In this document: positions 28,690 through 37,046 of the stretch, in pieces
Layout: every line of letters begins with the position of its first letter
How positions within the stretch are numbered: position 1 is the first letter of the stretch
From: Acidimicrobiales bacterium
GTDB lineage: Bacteria > Actinomycetota > Acidimicrobiia > Acidimicrobiales > AC-14
Length of the DNA: 64,000 bases
Direction of reading: 5' to 3'
Assembly: GCA_036260255.1 (NCBI GenBank)
Contig: DATAAF010000005.1
Coordinates: 22,947-86,946 of the forward strand
Position numbers and translations under genes: made by a program
Notes under the pieces: model-generated
Seen by the model: the letters and a program-made list of their open reading frames with translations, nothing else
The model's database searches: none
Told to the model about the DNA's origin: nothing

Positions 28690-29813
28690 CCAACCTCCCG
28701 GTCCCCTTCAAGGGCGCTCCGCGCGAGGAGCAGGCCGAGCCCTTCCGCGAACGGCGGGACAGCCGGGGGCTGCGTCTCGGCTGGACGACGGGCACGTGCG
28801 CCACCGCCGCCGCCAAGGCGGCGGCCATGGGCCTGTACTCGGGGACCCCGCCGAAGACGGTCGACATCTCCCTTCCCGACGGGACCCGCGAGTGGTTCGA
28901 GGTGGAGATCGAGGGGGCCACCCGCGCCGCCGTCATCAAGGACGCGGGCGACGACCCCGACTGCACCCACGGCGCGCGCGTCACCGCCAAGGTCAGCCTG
29001 GCCCGGCGGGGGCCGGAGACGGAGACCGAGCTGGCCGCCGGCCCGGGGGTGGGCACGGTCACCAAGCGAGGGCTGGGCCTCCCGATCGGCGACCCTTCGA
29101 TCACGCCCGTGCCCCGGCGGATGATCCTGGCGGCCCTCTCGGAGGTGACCAACGAGCCGCTGACGGTGGTCTTCTCGGTCCCCGACGGCGAGGCCATGGC
29201 CGAGCACACCTCCAACGCCCGGCTGGGCATCGTCGGCGGCATCTCGATCCTGGGCACGACCGGCGTGGTGAAGCCCTACTCCACCGCCGCCTGGCGGGCG
29301 TCGATCGTGCAGCAGATCGACGTGGCCGCCGCCCAGGGCGAGCCGACCATGGTCCTCGCCACCGGCACCCGCACGGAGCGACTGGCCATGCGCCTCTTCC
29401 CCGGCCTCGACGACGTGTGCTTCGTGGAGGTCGGCGACTACACCGGCACCGCCCTCAAACGCATGGTCCAGGCCGGCATGGTCCACGCCGTCGTGGCGGG
29501 GATGGCCGGCAAGCTGAGCAAGCTCGCTTCCGGCGTGATGATGACCCACTTCCGGCGGTCGAAGGTCGACGGCCAGCTCCTCGCCGCGGTGGCCAAGTCG
29601 GTCAAGGCGCCCGCCGCGGTGGTGAGGGCGGCGACCGCGACCAACACCGCCCGTCACTTCTTCGAGACCTGCATCGCCGAGGGCGTCGTCGCGCCCCTGG
29701 AGCGGGTGTGCCAGATGGCGAAGGAGGCGTGCGAGGAGCATGCCGGAGGGGCTCTGTCGGTCGAGGTGCTCATGGCCGACTTCGAGGGCACGCGGGTCGT
29801 GGCCCGTGCCTGA
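28686..29813 (+). CDS. cbiD: Cobalt-precorrin-5B C1-methyltransferase CbiD
   Basis: GTG at 28686 (GTGA overlap). LRLGWTTGTCATAAAKAA, IKDAGDDPDCTHG, NARLGIVGGISILGTTGVVKPYS. Confidence 0.9.
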   Translation: MTNLPVPFKGAPREEQAEPFRERRDSRGLRLGWTTGTCATAAAKAAAMGLYSGTPPKTVDISLPDGTREWFEVEIEGATRAAVIKDAGDDPDCTHGARVTAKVSLARRGPETETELAAGPGVGTVTKRGLGLPIGDPSITPVPRRMILAALSEVTNEPLTVVFSVPDGEAMAEHTSNARLGIVGGISILGTTGVVKPYSTAAWRASIVQQIDVAAAQGEPTMVLATGTRTERLAMRLFPGLDDVCFVEVGDYTGTALKRMVQAGMVHAVVAGMAGKLSKLASGVMMTHFRRSKVDGQLLAAVAKSVKAPAAVVRAATATNTARHFFETCIAEGVVAPLERVCQMAKEACEEHAGGALSVEVLMADFEGTRVVARA

Positions 29814-30984
29814 GGCGATCGCGGTGGTCGGCGTCGCCGGCGAGGTCATGGGCAAGGACGCCGCCCGCGCCGTCGAGTCGGCCGACCTCCTGGTCGGCGG
29901 TGCCCGTCACCTCGACGCGGTGGCGCCGTCCGGGGCCCCGAGGCGGCTGGCCGTCGGCGGTGATCTCGGCCCCGTACTCGACCGGGTGGCGGCCGAGCCC
30001 GGCCGGGTGTGCGTCCTAGCCTCCGGCGATCCCGGCTTCTTCGGCATCGTGAGGGCCCTGGCCGAGCGCTTCGGCCCCGCCCGCCTCGAGGTCCATCCCG
30101 CCCCCTCGTCGGTGTCGCTCGCCTTCGCCCGCCTGGGACTCCCGTGGGACGACGCCGCCGTCGTCTCCGCCCAGGGCCGCCCCCTCCCCGACGCCGCCCG
30201 CCGCGCGGCCGCCGCTCCCAAGGCCGCCGTCCTCACCTCGCCCGACGCGCCGCCCCAGTCCCTCGGCGCGGAGCTCTCGGCCCTGGGCGCCCGCCACCGG
30301 CGGGTCGTCGTGTGCAGCCGCCTGGGCGAGGGCGACGAGGTCGTCGTCGAGACGGACATGGCCGGCCTGGCCGCCGGTCGATGGGACCCCTTGTCGGTGG
30401 TCGTCCTGCTCGACGGCCCGCCCGTGGCGGCGGCGCCGGTCCTCTCGTGGGGAGTGCCCGACAGCCGCTTCGACCACCGCGAGGGGATGGTGACCAAGGC
30501 CGAGGTCAGGGCGGTGGTCCTCGGCAAGCTCGGCCTGCCCCCCGCCGGCGTGCTGTGGGACGTGGGCGCTGGCAGCGGGAGCGTGGCGGTGGAGTGCGCC
30601 CGGCTGGTCCCCGGGCTGCGGGTGCTGGCGGTCGAGCGCCGGCCCGAGGACGCCGGCCGGGCCCGGGTCAACGCCGCCGCCGCCGGCGTGGCGGTCGAGG
30701 TGGTGGAGGGCGAGGCGCCCGCTTGCCTCGTCACCCTTCCCGACCCCGACCGGGCGTTCGTCGGCGGCGGTGGCCTGGCCGCCCTGGACGCGACCTTGGA
30801 GCGGCTGCGCCCCGGGGGGCAGGTGGTGGCGACCTACGCCGCCCTCGACCGGGCGGCCGCCGCCTTCGACCGCCTCGGCCACCTGGTCGAGCTCGGGCTG
30901 AGCCGGGGCCGGGCCCTTCCCGGCGGGGGCGTGCGCCTGGCCGCCGAGAACCCCGTCTTCGTGGCCTGGGGGCCGGACGAGTGA
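29806..30984 (+). CDS. cbiET: Precorrin-6Y C5,15-methyltransferase (decarboxylating), CbiE-CbiT fusion (CobL)
   Basis: GTG at 29806 (GTGCCTGA overlap). VLASGDPGFFGI (CbiE part); MVTKAEVRAVVLGKL..LWDVGAGSGSVAVE (CbiT SAM motif). Confidence 0.85.
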   Translation: MPEAIAVVGVAGEVMGKDAARAVESADLLVGGARHLDAVAPSGAPRRLAVGGDLGPVLDRVAAEPGRVCVLASGDPGFFGIVRALAERFGPARLEVHPAPSSVSLAFARLGLPWDDAAVVSAQGRPLPDAARRAAAAPKAAVLTSPDAPPQSLGAELSALGARHRRVVVCSRLGEGDEVVVETDMAGLAAGRWDPLSVVVLLDGPPVAAAPVLSWGVPDSRFDHREGMVTKAEVRAVVLGKLGLPPAGVLWDVGAGSGSVAVECARLVPGLRVLAVERRPEDAGRARVNAAAAGVAVEVVEGEAPACLVTLPDPDRAFVGGGGLAALDATLERLRPGGQVVATYAALDRAAAAFDRLGHLVELGLSRGRALPGGGVRLAAENPVFVAWGPDE

Positions 30985-32642
30985 AGGTGCTGTCCGTCAC
31001 CGTCACCGAGCGGGGGCGGGCCATGGCCGCCCGCCTTCCCTTCGAGGCCGTCCACGGCCACGCCGCCGCCACCGTCCGCCAGCGGTGGCCGGCGGTCGAC
31101 GGGTTCGTGCTGTTCCTCGCCGCGGGGGCGGCGGTGCGCATCGTGGCACCGCTCCTCGCCGCCAAGGAGACCGACCCGGCCGTCGTCTGCGTCGACGAGG
31201 CCGGCCGGTTCGCCGTCGCCCTGTGCGGCGGCCACCGCGGGGGGGCAAACCCGCTGGCCGCCCGGGTGGCCGAACTGCTGGGTGCCACTCCGGTGATCAC
31301 GACCGCCACCGACGCCACCGGCACGACCGCCCTCGACCAGCTTCCCGGGCTCTCGGCGACCGGCGACGTCGCCGGGGTGACCGCCGCCCTGCTCGACGGT
31401 CGCCTCCCGGCGGTGGTCAACCAGCTGGGCTGGCCGCTGCCGTCGGCGCTGCCCTCCCACGGGACGGGCCCCGACCTTGTCGTCGTCACCGACCGGGTGG
31501 TGCCTACCGCACGGGGGCTGGTCGCGTTGCACCCGCCGTCGCTCGTCGTCGGGGTCGGGGCGTCGACCGGCGCCCCCGCCACCGAGGTCGCCGAGCTGGT
31601 GGCGTCGGCCCTACGCGGGGCCGGCCTGGCCGCCGCCTCCGTCGCCGAGGTGGCGACGATCGACCGCCGGGCCGGCGATCCCGCCGTGGGTGCGCTGGGA
31701 CTGCCGGTCCGGGCCTTCTCCGCCGCCGAGCTGGCCGCCGCCGCTTCCCTCGTGCCGTCGCCCAGCGCCGTGGTCGCCGCCGCCGTCGGCACCCCCAGCG
31801 TTGCCGAGGCGGCCGCCCTGCTGGCCGCCGGCCCGGGTGCCCGGCTGGTCGTGACCAAGACCGCCTCGGCGCACGCCACCGTGGCGGTGGCGCGCCGGTG
31901 CCGGCCCCGCGGCCACCTCGCGGTGGTCGGGCTGGGCCCCGGGCACTCGGCGCACCGCACCCCCGCCGCCGACGCCGCTGTGCGCCATGCCGACGTGGTG
32001 CTGGGTTACGGCCCCTATCTCGACCAGTGCGCCGACCTCCTGGGCCCCTCCCAGGAGGTCGTCCGCACCCCGATCGGGGACGAGGTGCTGCGGGCGAAGC
32101 AGGCGGTCGCCGAGGCCGCCGCCGGGCGGCGCGTAGCCCTCGTCTCGTCGGGGGACCCCGGCATCTACGCCATGGCCACGCTGGCCCTGGAGGTGGCGGG
32201 CGAGACCGGTGACGACGTGGAGGTCGAGGTCGTGCCGGGTGTGCCCGCCGCCCAGGCGGCGGCCGCCATTCTCGGCGCGCCCCTCGCCCACGACCATGCC
32301 GTCATCAGCCTCTCCGACCTGCTCACGCCGTGGGCGGCGGTGGAGACCCGCCTGCGGGCGGCGGCCGAGGCCGACCTGGTGGTGGCCCTCTACAACCCCC
32401 GCTCGGCGGGACGCTCCTGGCAGCTCGACGCCGCCCGCGGCATCCTCCTCGAGCAGCGGGCGCCCGAGACTCCGGTGGGAGTCGTCACCGACGCTGCCCG
32501 ACCGGGGCAGCGGGTGGAGCTGTCCACCCTCGGGGAGCTGGACACCGCTGCGGTCGGCATGACGACCTGCGTCATCGTCGGCTCGTCGGCGACCCGCGTC
32601 GTCGGCGGCCGCATGGTCACGCCGAGGGGGTATCGGGCATGA
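30981..32642 (+). CDS. cbiGH: CbiG - CbiH/CobJ fusion: cobalt-precorrin-5A hydrolase plus precorrin-3B/cobalt-factor III C17-methyltransferase
   Basis: GTG at 30981 (GTGA overlap). CbiG-like N/mid/C regions (VCVDEAGRFAVALCGGHRGGAN; LVVGVGASTG; VATIDRRAGDPA; PSVAEAAALLAAG). Then a methylase domain: LAVVGLGPGHSAHRT..VVLGYGPYLD..VSSGDPGIYAMA..PGVPAAQAAAA..LYNP. Confidence 0.85.
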   Translation: MKVLSVTVTERGRAMAARLPFEAVHGHAAATVRQRWPAVDGFVLFLAAGAAVRIVAPLLAAKETDPAVVCVDEAGRFAVALCGGHRGGANPLAARVAELLGATPVITTATDATGTTALDQLPGLSATGDVAGVTAALLDGRLPAVVNQLGWPLPSALPSHGTGPDLVVVTDRVVPTARGLVALHPPSLVVGVGASTGAPATEVAELVASALRGAGLAAASVAEVATIDRRAGDPAVGALGLPVRAFSAAELAAAASLVPSPSAVVAAAVGTPSVAEAAALLAAGPGARLVVTKTASAHATVAVARRCRPRGHLAVVGLGPGHSAHRTPAADAAVRHADVVLGYGPYLDQCADLLGPSQEVVRTPIGDEVLRAKQAVAEAAAGRRVALVSSGDPGIYAMATLALEVAGETGDDVEVEVVPGVPAAQAAAAILGAPLAHDHAVISLSDLLTPWAAVETRLRAAAEADLVVALYNPRSAGRSWQLDAARGILLEQRAPETPVGVVTDAARPGQRVELSTLGELDTAAVGMTTCVIVGSSATRVVGGRMVTPRGYRA

Positions 32643-32839
32643 GCGCCGTGGCCGCCCACGTGAGCGTCGACGACCGCTGCACCGCCTGCGGCGCGTGCCT
32701 GGTCACCTGTCCCGAGCGTGCCCTCGTCGCCGCGCCCGGGCGGCCCCGGGCCGTCGCCGGCCGGTGCACCGGCTGCCTGGCCTGCATCGAGATCTGCCCC
32801 CGCGACGCCATCACCGTCGAGGACGGGGCGGCGACATGA
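32639..32839 (+). CDS. Small 2x[4Fe-4S]-type ferredoxin (66 aa)
   Basis: ATG at 32639 with ATGA overlaps on both sides. CTACGACLVTCP and CTGCLACIEICP cluster motifs. Confidence 0.75.
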   Translation: MSAVAAHVSVDDRCTACGACLVTCPERALVAAPGRPRAVAGRCTGCLACIEICPRDAITVEDGAAT

Positions 32840-33405
32840 GCGTGCACCCCATCGAGTCCGAGAGCTTCCGCATCCTCGCCCGGCGGGTCGACCTCTCGCG
32901 GCGGGGGCCGCTGGCCCGGGCGGTGGTCGCCCGCATCGTCCACGCCACCGCCGACCCGGAGTACGCCCGCACGGTGGTCGCCGACGAGGCGGACCTCGCC
33001 GCCGGCGTGGAGGCGCTGCGGGCGGGGGCCGCGGTGGTCACCGACGTGGAGATGGTGCGCCACGGCATCACCGGCGTGGACGCCCGGTGCTACCTGCCGG
33101 CGGTGGCCGACGGGACGACCCGCAGCGCCGCCGGCATGCGGGTGGCGGCGGGGCGCCATCCCGAGGGGGCGGTGTTCGTGGTCGGCTGCGCGCCCACCGC
33201 CCTGGCCGAGCTCGTGCGCCTGCACGCCGCCGGCGAGGTGGAGCCCGCCCTGGTGGTGGGGCTGCCCGTCGGCTTCGTAGGGGCGGCAGAGGCCAAGGAG
33301 GCGCTGAGGGCCAGCGGAATGCCAGCGGTCAGCAACGTCGGCGAGAAGGGGGGCAGCGCGGTCGCGGCGGCCGCCGTCAACGCCCTGGTGAGGCTGGCGT
33401 GCTGA
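32836..33405 (+). CDS. cbiC: Precorrin-8X / cobalt-precorrin-8 methylmutase CbiC/CobH
   Basis: IESESFRIL..VVARIVHATADPEY..AVVTDVEMV..FVVGCAPTAL..VVGLPVGFVGAAEAKE. Confidence 0.9.
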   Translation: MSVHPIESESFRILARRVDLSRRGPLARAVVARIVHATADPEYARTVVADEADLAAGVEALRAGAAVVTDVEMVRHGITGVDARCYLPAVADGTTRSAAGMRVAAGRHPEGAVFVVGCAPTALAELVRLHAAGEVEPALVVGLPVGFVGAAEAKEALRASGMPAVSNVGEKGGSAVAAAAVNALVRLAC

Positions 33406-34271
33406 CCCGCCCCGAGCATCCCGCCCTGCTGATCGTGGGCCACGGCAGCCGCTCGGCCGCCGGCGTGGCCGAGTACTGGCGGCTGGCGTCGGCCGTCCGG
33501 GACCGGGCCCCCGAGCTCACCGTCGGTTGCGGGTTCATCGAGCTCGCCCGCCCCGACCTCGACACCGCGGTCGACCGCCTGGTGGCCGCCGGGGCCACGT
33601 CGGTCGTGGCCAGCCCCCCCATCCTGCTCGGCGCCGGCCATCTCAAGAACGACGGCCCTGCCGCCCTTCACCGGGGGCGGCACCGCCACCCCTCGGTGCG
33701 GTTCCGCTACGCCCGCGACCTGGGCATCCATCCGCTGGTCCTGGCGGTCGCCGAGGACCGGGTCAGGGCGGCGGTCGGCCCCGACGACCCCGCCGGGACG
33801 GCGGTCGTGCTGGTGGGCCGGGGGTCCTCCGACCCCGACGCCAACGCCGACCTGTACAAGGTCGCCCGCCTCCTCTGGGACTCGCGGGGCCTCGGGATGG
33901 TCGAGCCCGCTTTCGTCTCGTTGGCGCCTCCGGACGTGGCCGGTGCCCTGGACCGCTGCCGCCGGCTCGGGGCCACCCGCATCGCGGTGGTCCCGTACTT
34001 CCTCTTCACTGGCGTCCTCGTCGAGCGCATCCGCGCCCAGACGGCGGCGTGGGCCGAGGCCCATCCCCAGGTCGACGTCCGCCACGGCCCCCACCTGGGG
34101 GCCGACCCTCGGGTCGCCGCCCTGCTGCTCGAGCGCTACCGCGAGGCGCTCGACGGCGACGTGCGCATGAACTGCGACCTGTGCGTCTACCGGACGGCCC
34201 TGCCCGGCCACGAGCACCGCGTCGGTGCCCCCGTCGTGCTGGGCCACCACGACCACTCCGGAGGGGGGTGA
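33399..34271 (+). CDS. cbiX: Sirohydrochlorin cobaltochelatase, long CbiX type with C-terminal Cys motif and His-rich tail
   Basis: GTG at 33399 (GTGCTGA overlap). Two CbiX repeats (LLIVGHGSRS..PILLGAGHLKND and VVLVGRGSSDPDANAD..VVPYFLFTG). C-terminal MNCDLC (MxCxxC) and HEHR..GHHDH. Confidence 0.8.
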   Translation: MLTRPEHPALLIVGHGSRSAAGVAEYWRLASAVRDRAPELTVGCGFIELARPDLDTAVDRLVAAGATSVVASPPILLGAGHLKNDGPAALHRGRHRHPSVRFRYARDLGIHPLVLAVAEDRVRAAVGPDDPAGTAVVLVGRGSSDPDANADLYKVARLLWDSRGLGMVEPAFVSLAPPDVAGALDRCRRLGATRIAVVPYFLFTGVLVERIRAQTAAWAEAHPQVDVRHGPHLGADPRVAALLLERYREALDGDVRMNCDLCVYRTALPGHEHRVGAPVVLGHHDHSGGG

Positions 34272-34459
34272 TGCAACTGGAGACCGCCGAGCTCACCGGG
34301 CGGCGGGTGCCGCTGTGGGCGTGGTTGGCCGTGGTCGTTGCCGCCCTCGCCGCCTACGCCGTCACCTTGGAGAACGGGATGGTCCTGCGGGCCGGCGCCG
34401 ACGTGGTGCACGAGCTGTTCCACGACGGCCGCCACTTCTTGGGCTTCCCTTGTCACTGA
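34271..34459 (+). CDS. cbtB: Cobalt transporter small subunit CbtB (62 aa)
   Basis: One TM plus the characteristic C-terminal HELFHDGRHFLGFPCH motif. TGATG junction with cbiX. Confidence 0.8.
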   Translation: MQLETAELTGRRVPLWAWLAVVVAALAAYAVTLENGMVLRAGADVVHELFHDGRHFLGFPCH

Positions 34460-34471
34460 TCGACCCCTCGC

Positions 34472-34523
34472 CGTTCCGGCGGTGGTTCTGTACCGGAGAC
34501 GACACATGATCACCGCCGGAACG
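34472..34523 (+). other. Perfect 13-bp stem hairpin between cbtB and cbtA
   Basis: cgttccggcggtg (34472-34484) pairs with caccgccggaacg (34511-34523); 26-nt loop. Confidence 0.5.
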
Positions 34524-34546
34524 CAACTCGAGACGGGGAGACCACC

Positions 34547-35284
34547 TTGCGACGGTTGATCCGCGACGGCGCGCTGGCCGGGCTGGCCGGTGGCGCCGCC
34601 CTCGCCGTCGTGCTGGTCCTCCTCGGCGAGGAGAGCATCGGCCGGGCCATCGCCTTGGAGCAGGGCGACGGAGGGGAGATGTTCTCTCGCGGCACCCAGA
34701 CGGCGGGAGGTGTCCTCGCCGCCCTCGTCTGGGGGGCCGCCCTCGGGGTCGTCTTCGCCTTCGTGTTCCCGGTGGCCCGCCGGCGGCTGGCCACGGCCTC
34801 GGACTGGCGGGCGGCGGTCGGCCTGGCCGTCCTCGGGTTCCTCACCGTCAACCTGGTGCCGTTCCTGAAGTACACGCCGAACCCGCCGGGCGTCGGCGAC
34901 CCCGACACGATCGGGCGCCGCACCGCTCTCTACCTCCTCCTGCTGGCATGGGCGGCCCTCGCCGCCGCCGCCGCCTGGGCGGTCGGCCGGCGCCTCGCCG
35001 ACGACCCGCCCGCGCTGCCCGAGCACCTGCGGGCGCCGGCCGTCGTCGCCGTCTACGTCGTCGTGGTCGCCACCGGGTTCGTCGGGCTGCCCGGGTCGCC
35101 CGACCCCGTCACCGCCCCCGCCGCCCTCGTCTGGCGGTTCCGCCTGGCCAGCCTGGCCGGCACCGCCGCCTTCTGGGCGGTGTGCGGGGTGGCGTTCGGG
35201 TGGCTTCGCCTGGCCGCCGCCGGCCGGTCGCCCTTTTCCTCACGAGGGGCGCCCAGCCGCGCCGGGGCGACGGGGGAGCCCTGA
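34547..35284 (+). CDS. cbtA: Cobalt transporter subunit CbtA
   Basis: TTG start preceded by ggggag. Several TM segments and the CbtA-like LKYTPNPPGVGDPDTI loop. Confidence 0.75.
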   Translation: MRRLIRDGALAGLAGGAALAVVLVLLGEESIGRAIALEQGDGGEMFSRGTQTAGGVLAALVWGAALGVVFAFVFPVARRRLATASDWRAAVGLAVLGFLTVNLVPFLKYTPNPPGVGDPDTIGRRTALYLLLLAWAALAAAAAWAVGRRLADDPPALPEHLRAPAVVAVYVVVVATGFVGLPGSPDPVTAPAALVWRFRLASLAGTAAFWAVCGVAFGWLRLAAAGRSPFSSRGAPSRAGATGEP

Positions 35285-35294
35285 GCCGGCACCC

Positions 35295-35990
35295 GTGGCC
35301 CGGGCGGCGATCTTCGACTTCTACGGCACCCTCGCCCGTGCCGTGCGCTGGGGGCCGTCGGTCGCCGACGTCTTCGCCGGGCTCGGCCACCGGCTCGACG
35401 AGGAGGCCTACGAGGCCTGGCGGGGCGAGGTGTTCGACGGCATGGAGCACCTGGCCCAGTCCGAGAGCCGGGACCTGTACCTGGCGTGGGAACGGGCCCG
35501 CCTGCGGCGCCTGGGGACGGCGTCGGGCGTCGGGCCGGAGGACGTCGAGGAGCTGGCCGCCGAGCTCCACCGGGCGATGCAGGACTTCCGCCTGGCCGCC
35601 TACGACGAGGTGCCCGAGGTGCTGGCCGAGCTGCGCCGCCGGGGGCTGGTCGTGGCCGTCTGCTCCAACTGGACGTGGGACCTCGACGTCGCCCTCAAGC
35701 AGTGCGCGCTGTCGGGCGCCGCCGACGTGGTGGTGACGTCGGCCCAGGCAGGCGTCCGCAAGCCCCATCCCCGGATCTTCTCCCTCACCCTCGAGCGCTG
35801 CGGCGTGGCGCCGGCCGAGGCCGTCTTCGTCGGGGACACCTGGTACCCCGACGTCGAGGGGGCGCTGGCCGCCGGACTCCGTCCCGTCCACGTCTGGCGC
35901 CCGGAGGAGGCGGTCGGCGCCGAGCCCCCGCCGCTTCCCGCCGGCGTCCAGCGGGTGAGCGACCTCAGCGGCGTCCTCGAGCTGGTCTGA
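35295..35990 (+). CDS. HAD-superfamily hydrolase (subfamily IA-like)
   Basis: AIFDFYGTL (DxD-type motif I variant), VCSNWT (motif II), VRKPHPRIF and VFVGDTWYPDVEGA (motifs III/IV). Confidence 0.8.
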   Translation: MARAAIFDFYGTLARAVRWGPSVADVFAGLGHRLDEEAYEAWRGEVFDGMEHLAQSESRDLYLAWERARLRRLGTASGVGPEDVEELAAELHRAMQDFRLAAYDEVPEVLAELRRRGLVVAVCSNWTWDLDVALKQCALSGAADVVVTSAQAGVRKPHPRIFSLTLERCGVAPAEAVFVGDTWYPDVEGALAAGLRPVHVWRPEEAVGAEPPPLPAGVQRVSDLSGVLELV

Positions 35991-35993
35991 TCC

Positions 35994-36395
35994 CTACGCG
36001 GGGAGGAACGTCAGGCGCACGCGGCGGTCGGTGTTGTCCTCGTTGAAGTCCACGAGGACAACGCTCTGCCACGTGCCCAGCAGCGGCCGGCCCTCTTCGA
36101 CCGGCAGGACGAGCGAGGGGCTCACCAGCACGGGCAGGAGGTGGTCGGCGCCGTGGCCAGGTGAGCCGTGCTGGTGCCGCCAGCGGTCGTCGCGCGGGAT
36201 GACCTCGCTCAGCAGCCGCTCGAGGTCGCTCTCCGACCCCGACCCCGTCTCCATGAGAGCGAGGCCGGCGGTGGCGTGGGGGACGAAGACGTGCACGAGG
36301 CCGTCGCCCTTGCCCCCGCAGAAGCCGGAGACCTCGTCGGTGACGTCGGTCACCCGGGACCGGGAGGTGTCGACTCGGAGCTCGGTGGTGTCCAT
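35994..36395 (-). CDS. YjbQ/UPF0047 family protein (secondary thiamine-phosphate synthase-like)
   Basis: VTDEV..GLVHVFVPHATAGLALMETGSGSESDL..HGSPGHGADHLLPVLVSPSL..PLLGTWQSVVLVDF. Confidence 0.8.
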   Translation of the reverse strand: MDTTELRVDTSRSRVTDVTDEVSGFCGGKGDGLVHVFVPHATAGLALMETGSGSESDLERLLSEVIPRDDRWRHQHGSPGHGADHLLPVLVSPSLVLPVEEGRPLLGTWQSVVLVDFNEDNTDRRVRLTFLPA

Positions 36396-36400
36396 GGCCG

Positions 36401-36964
36401 TTAGTTCATCACCGGGTCGGTCGGGAAGTTGGCGACCATGGCCAGCTTGCCCCGCTGGCGGCGCAGGACCGTCCGCCACAGGTCGTCGGGGTCGGCCGAC
36501 AGGGCGTCGTCGGGGAGGGCGTCGAGCACGTACCACGCCCCCGACGCCACCTCGCCCTCCAGCTGGTCGGCGCCCCATCCGGCGTAGCCGGCGAACACTC
36601 GGATGTCGCGCACCGGCTGGCTCAGCTCCTCGGGGTCGCGCCCGAGGTCGACGGTGCCCAGGCCGGCGAACAGGGGGCGCCAGCCCTCGGGCTCGTCCTC
36701 CGCCACCACCGGTGTGCGGGCGATGCAGATCGCCGCCGTCGGGGCGACGGGCCCGCCCTCGAACACGACCGACGGGTCGGCCGCCAGGCCCTCCCACCGG
36801 GGCAGGGCGGCGTAGAGGTCGGTCCCCGTCGGGCGGTTGAGGACGACACCGACGGCGCCTTCGGGGCCGTGCTCGAGCACCAGGACGACGGTGCGGTCGA
36901 AGTTGGGGTCGCGCAGCGCCGGGGCGGCCACCAGCAACCGTCCGGTGAACGAGCCCTCGCTCAT
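36401..36964 (-). CDS. YqgE/AlgH family (UPF0301) putative transcriptional regulator
   Basis: GRLLVAAPALRDPNFDRTVVLVLEHGPEGAVGVVLNRP..VFEGGPV..RVFAGYAGWGADQLEGEVASGAWYV. Confidence 0.8.
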   Translation of the reverse strand: MSEGSFTGRLLVAAPALRDPNFDRTVVLVLEHGPEGAVGVVLNRPTGTDLYAALPRWEGLAADPSVVFEGGPVAPTAAICIARTPVVAEDEPEGWRPLFAGLGTVDLGRDPEELSQPVRDIRVFAGYAGWGADQLEGEVASGAWYVLDALPDDALSADPDDLWRTVLRRQRGKLAMVANFPTDPVMN

Positions 36965-37046
36965 GCCCGAAATGATCCCCTGGACCCTGACGCGACACTC
37001 GCCGGGTGCGATCACCCGGCGAGCGTCGGCTGCGGAGCTGGGGACC

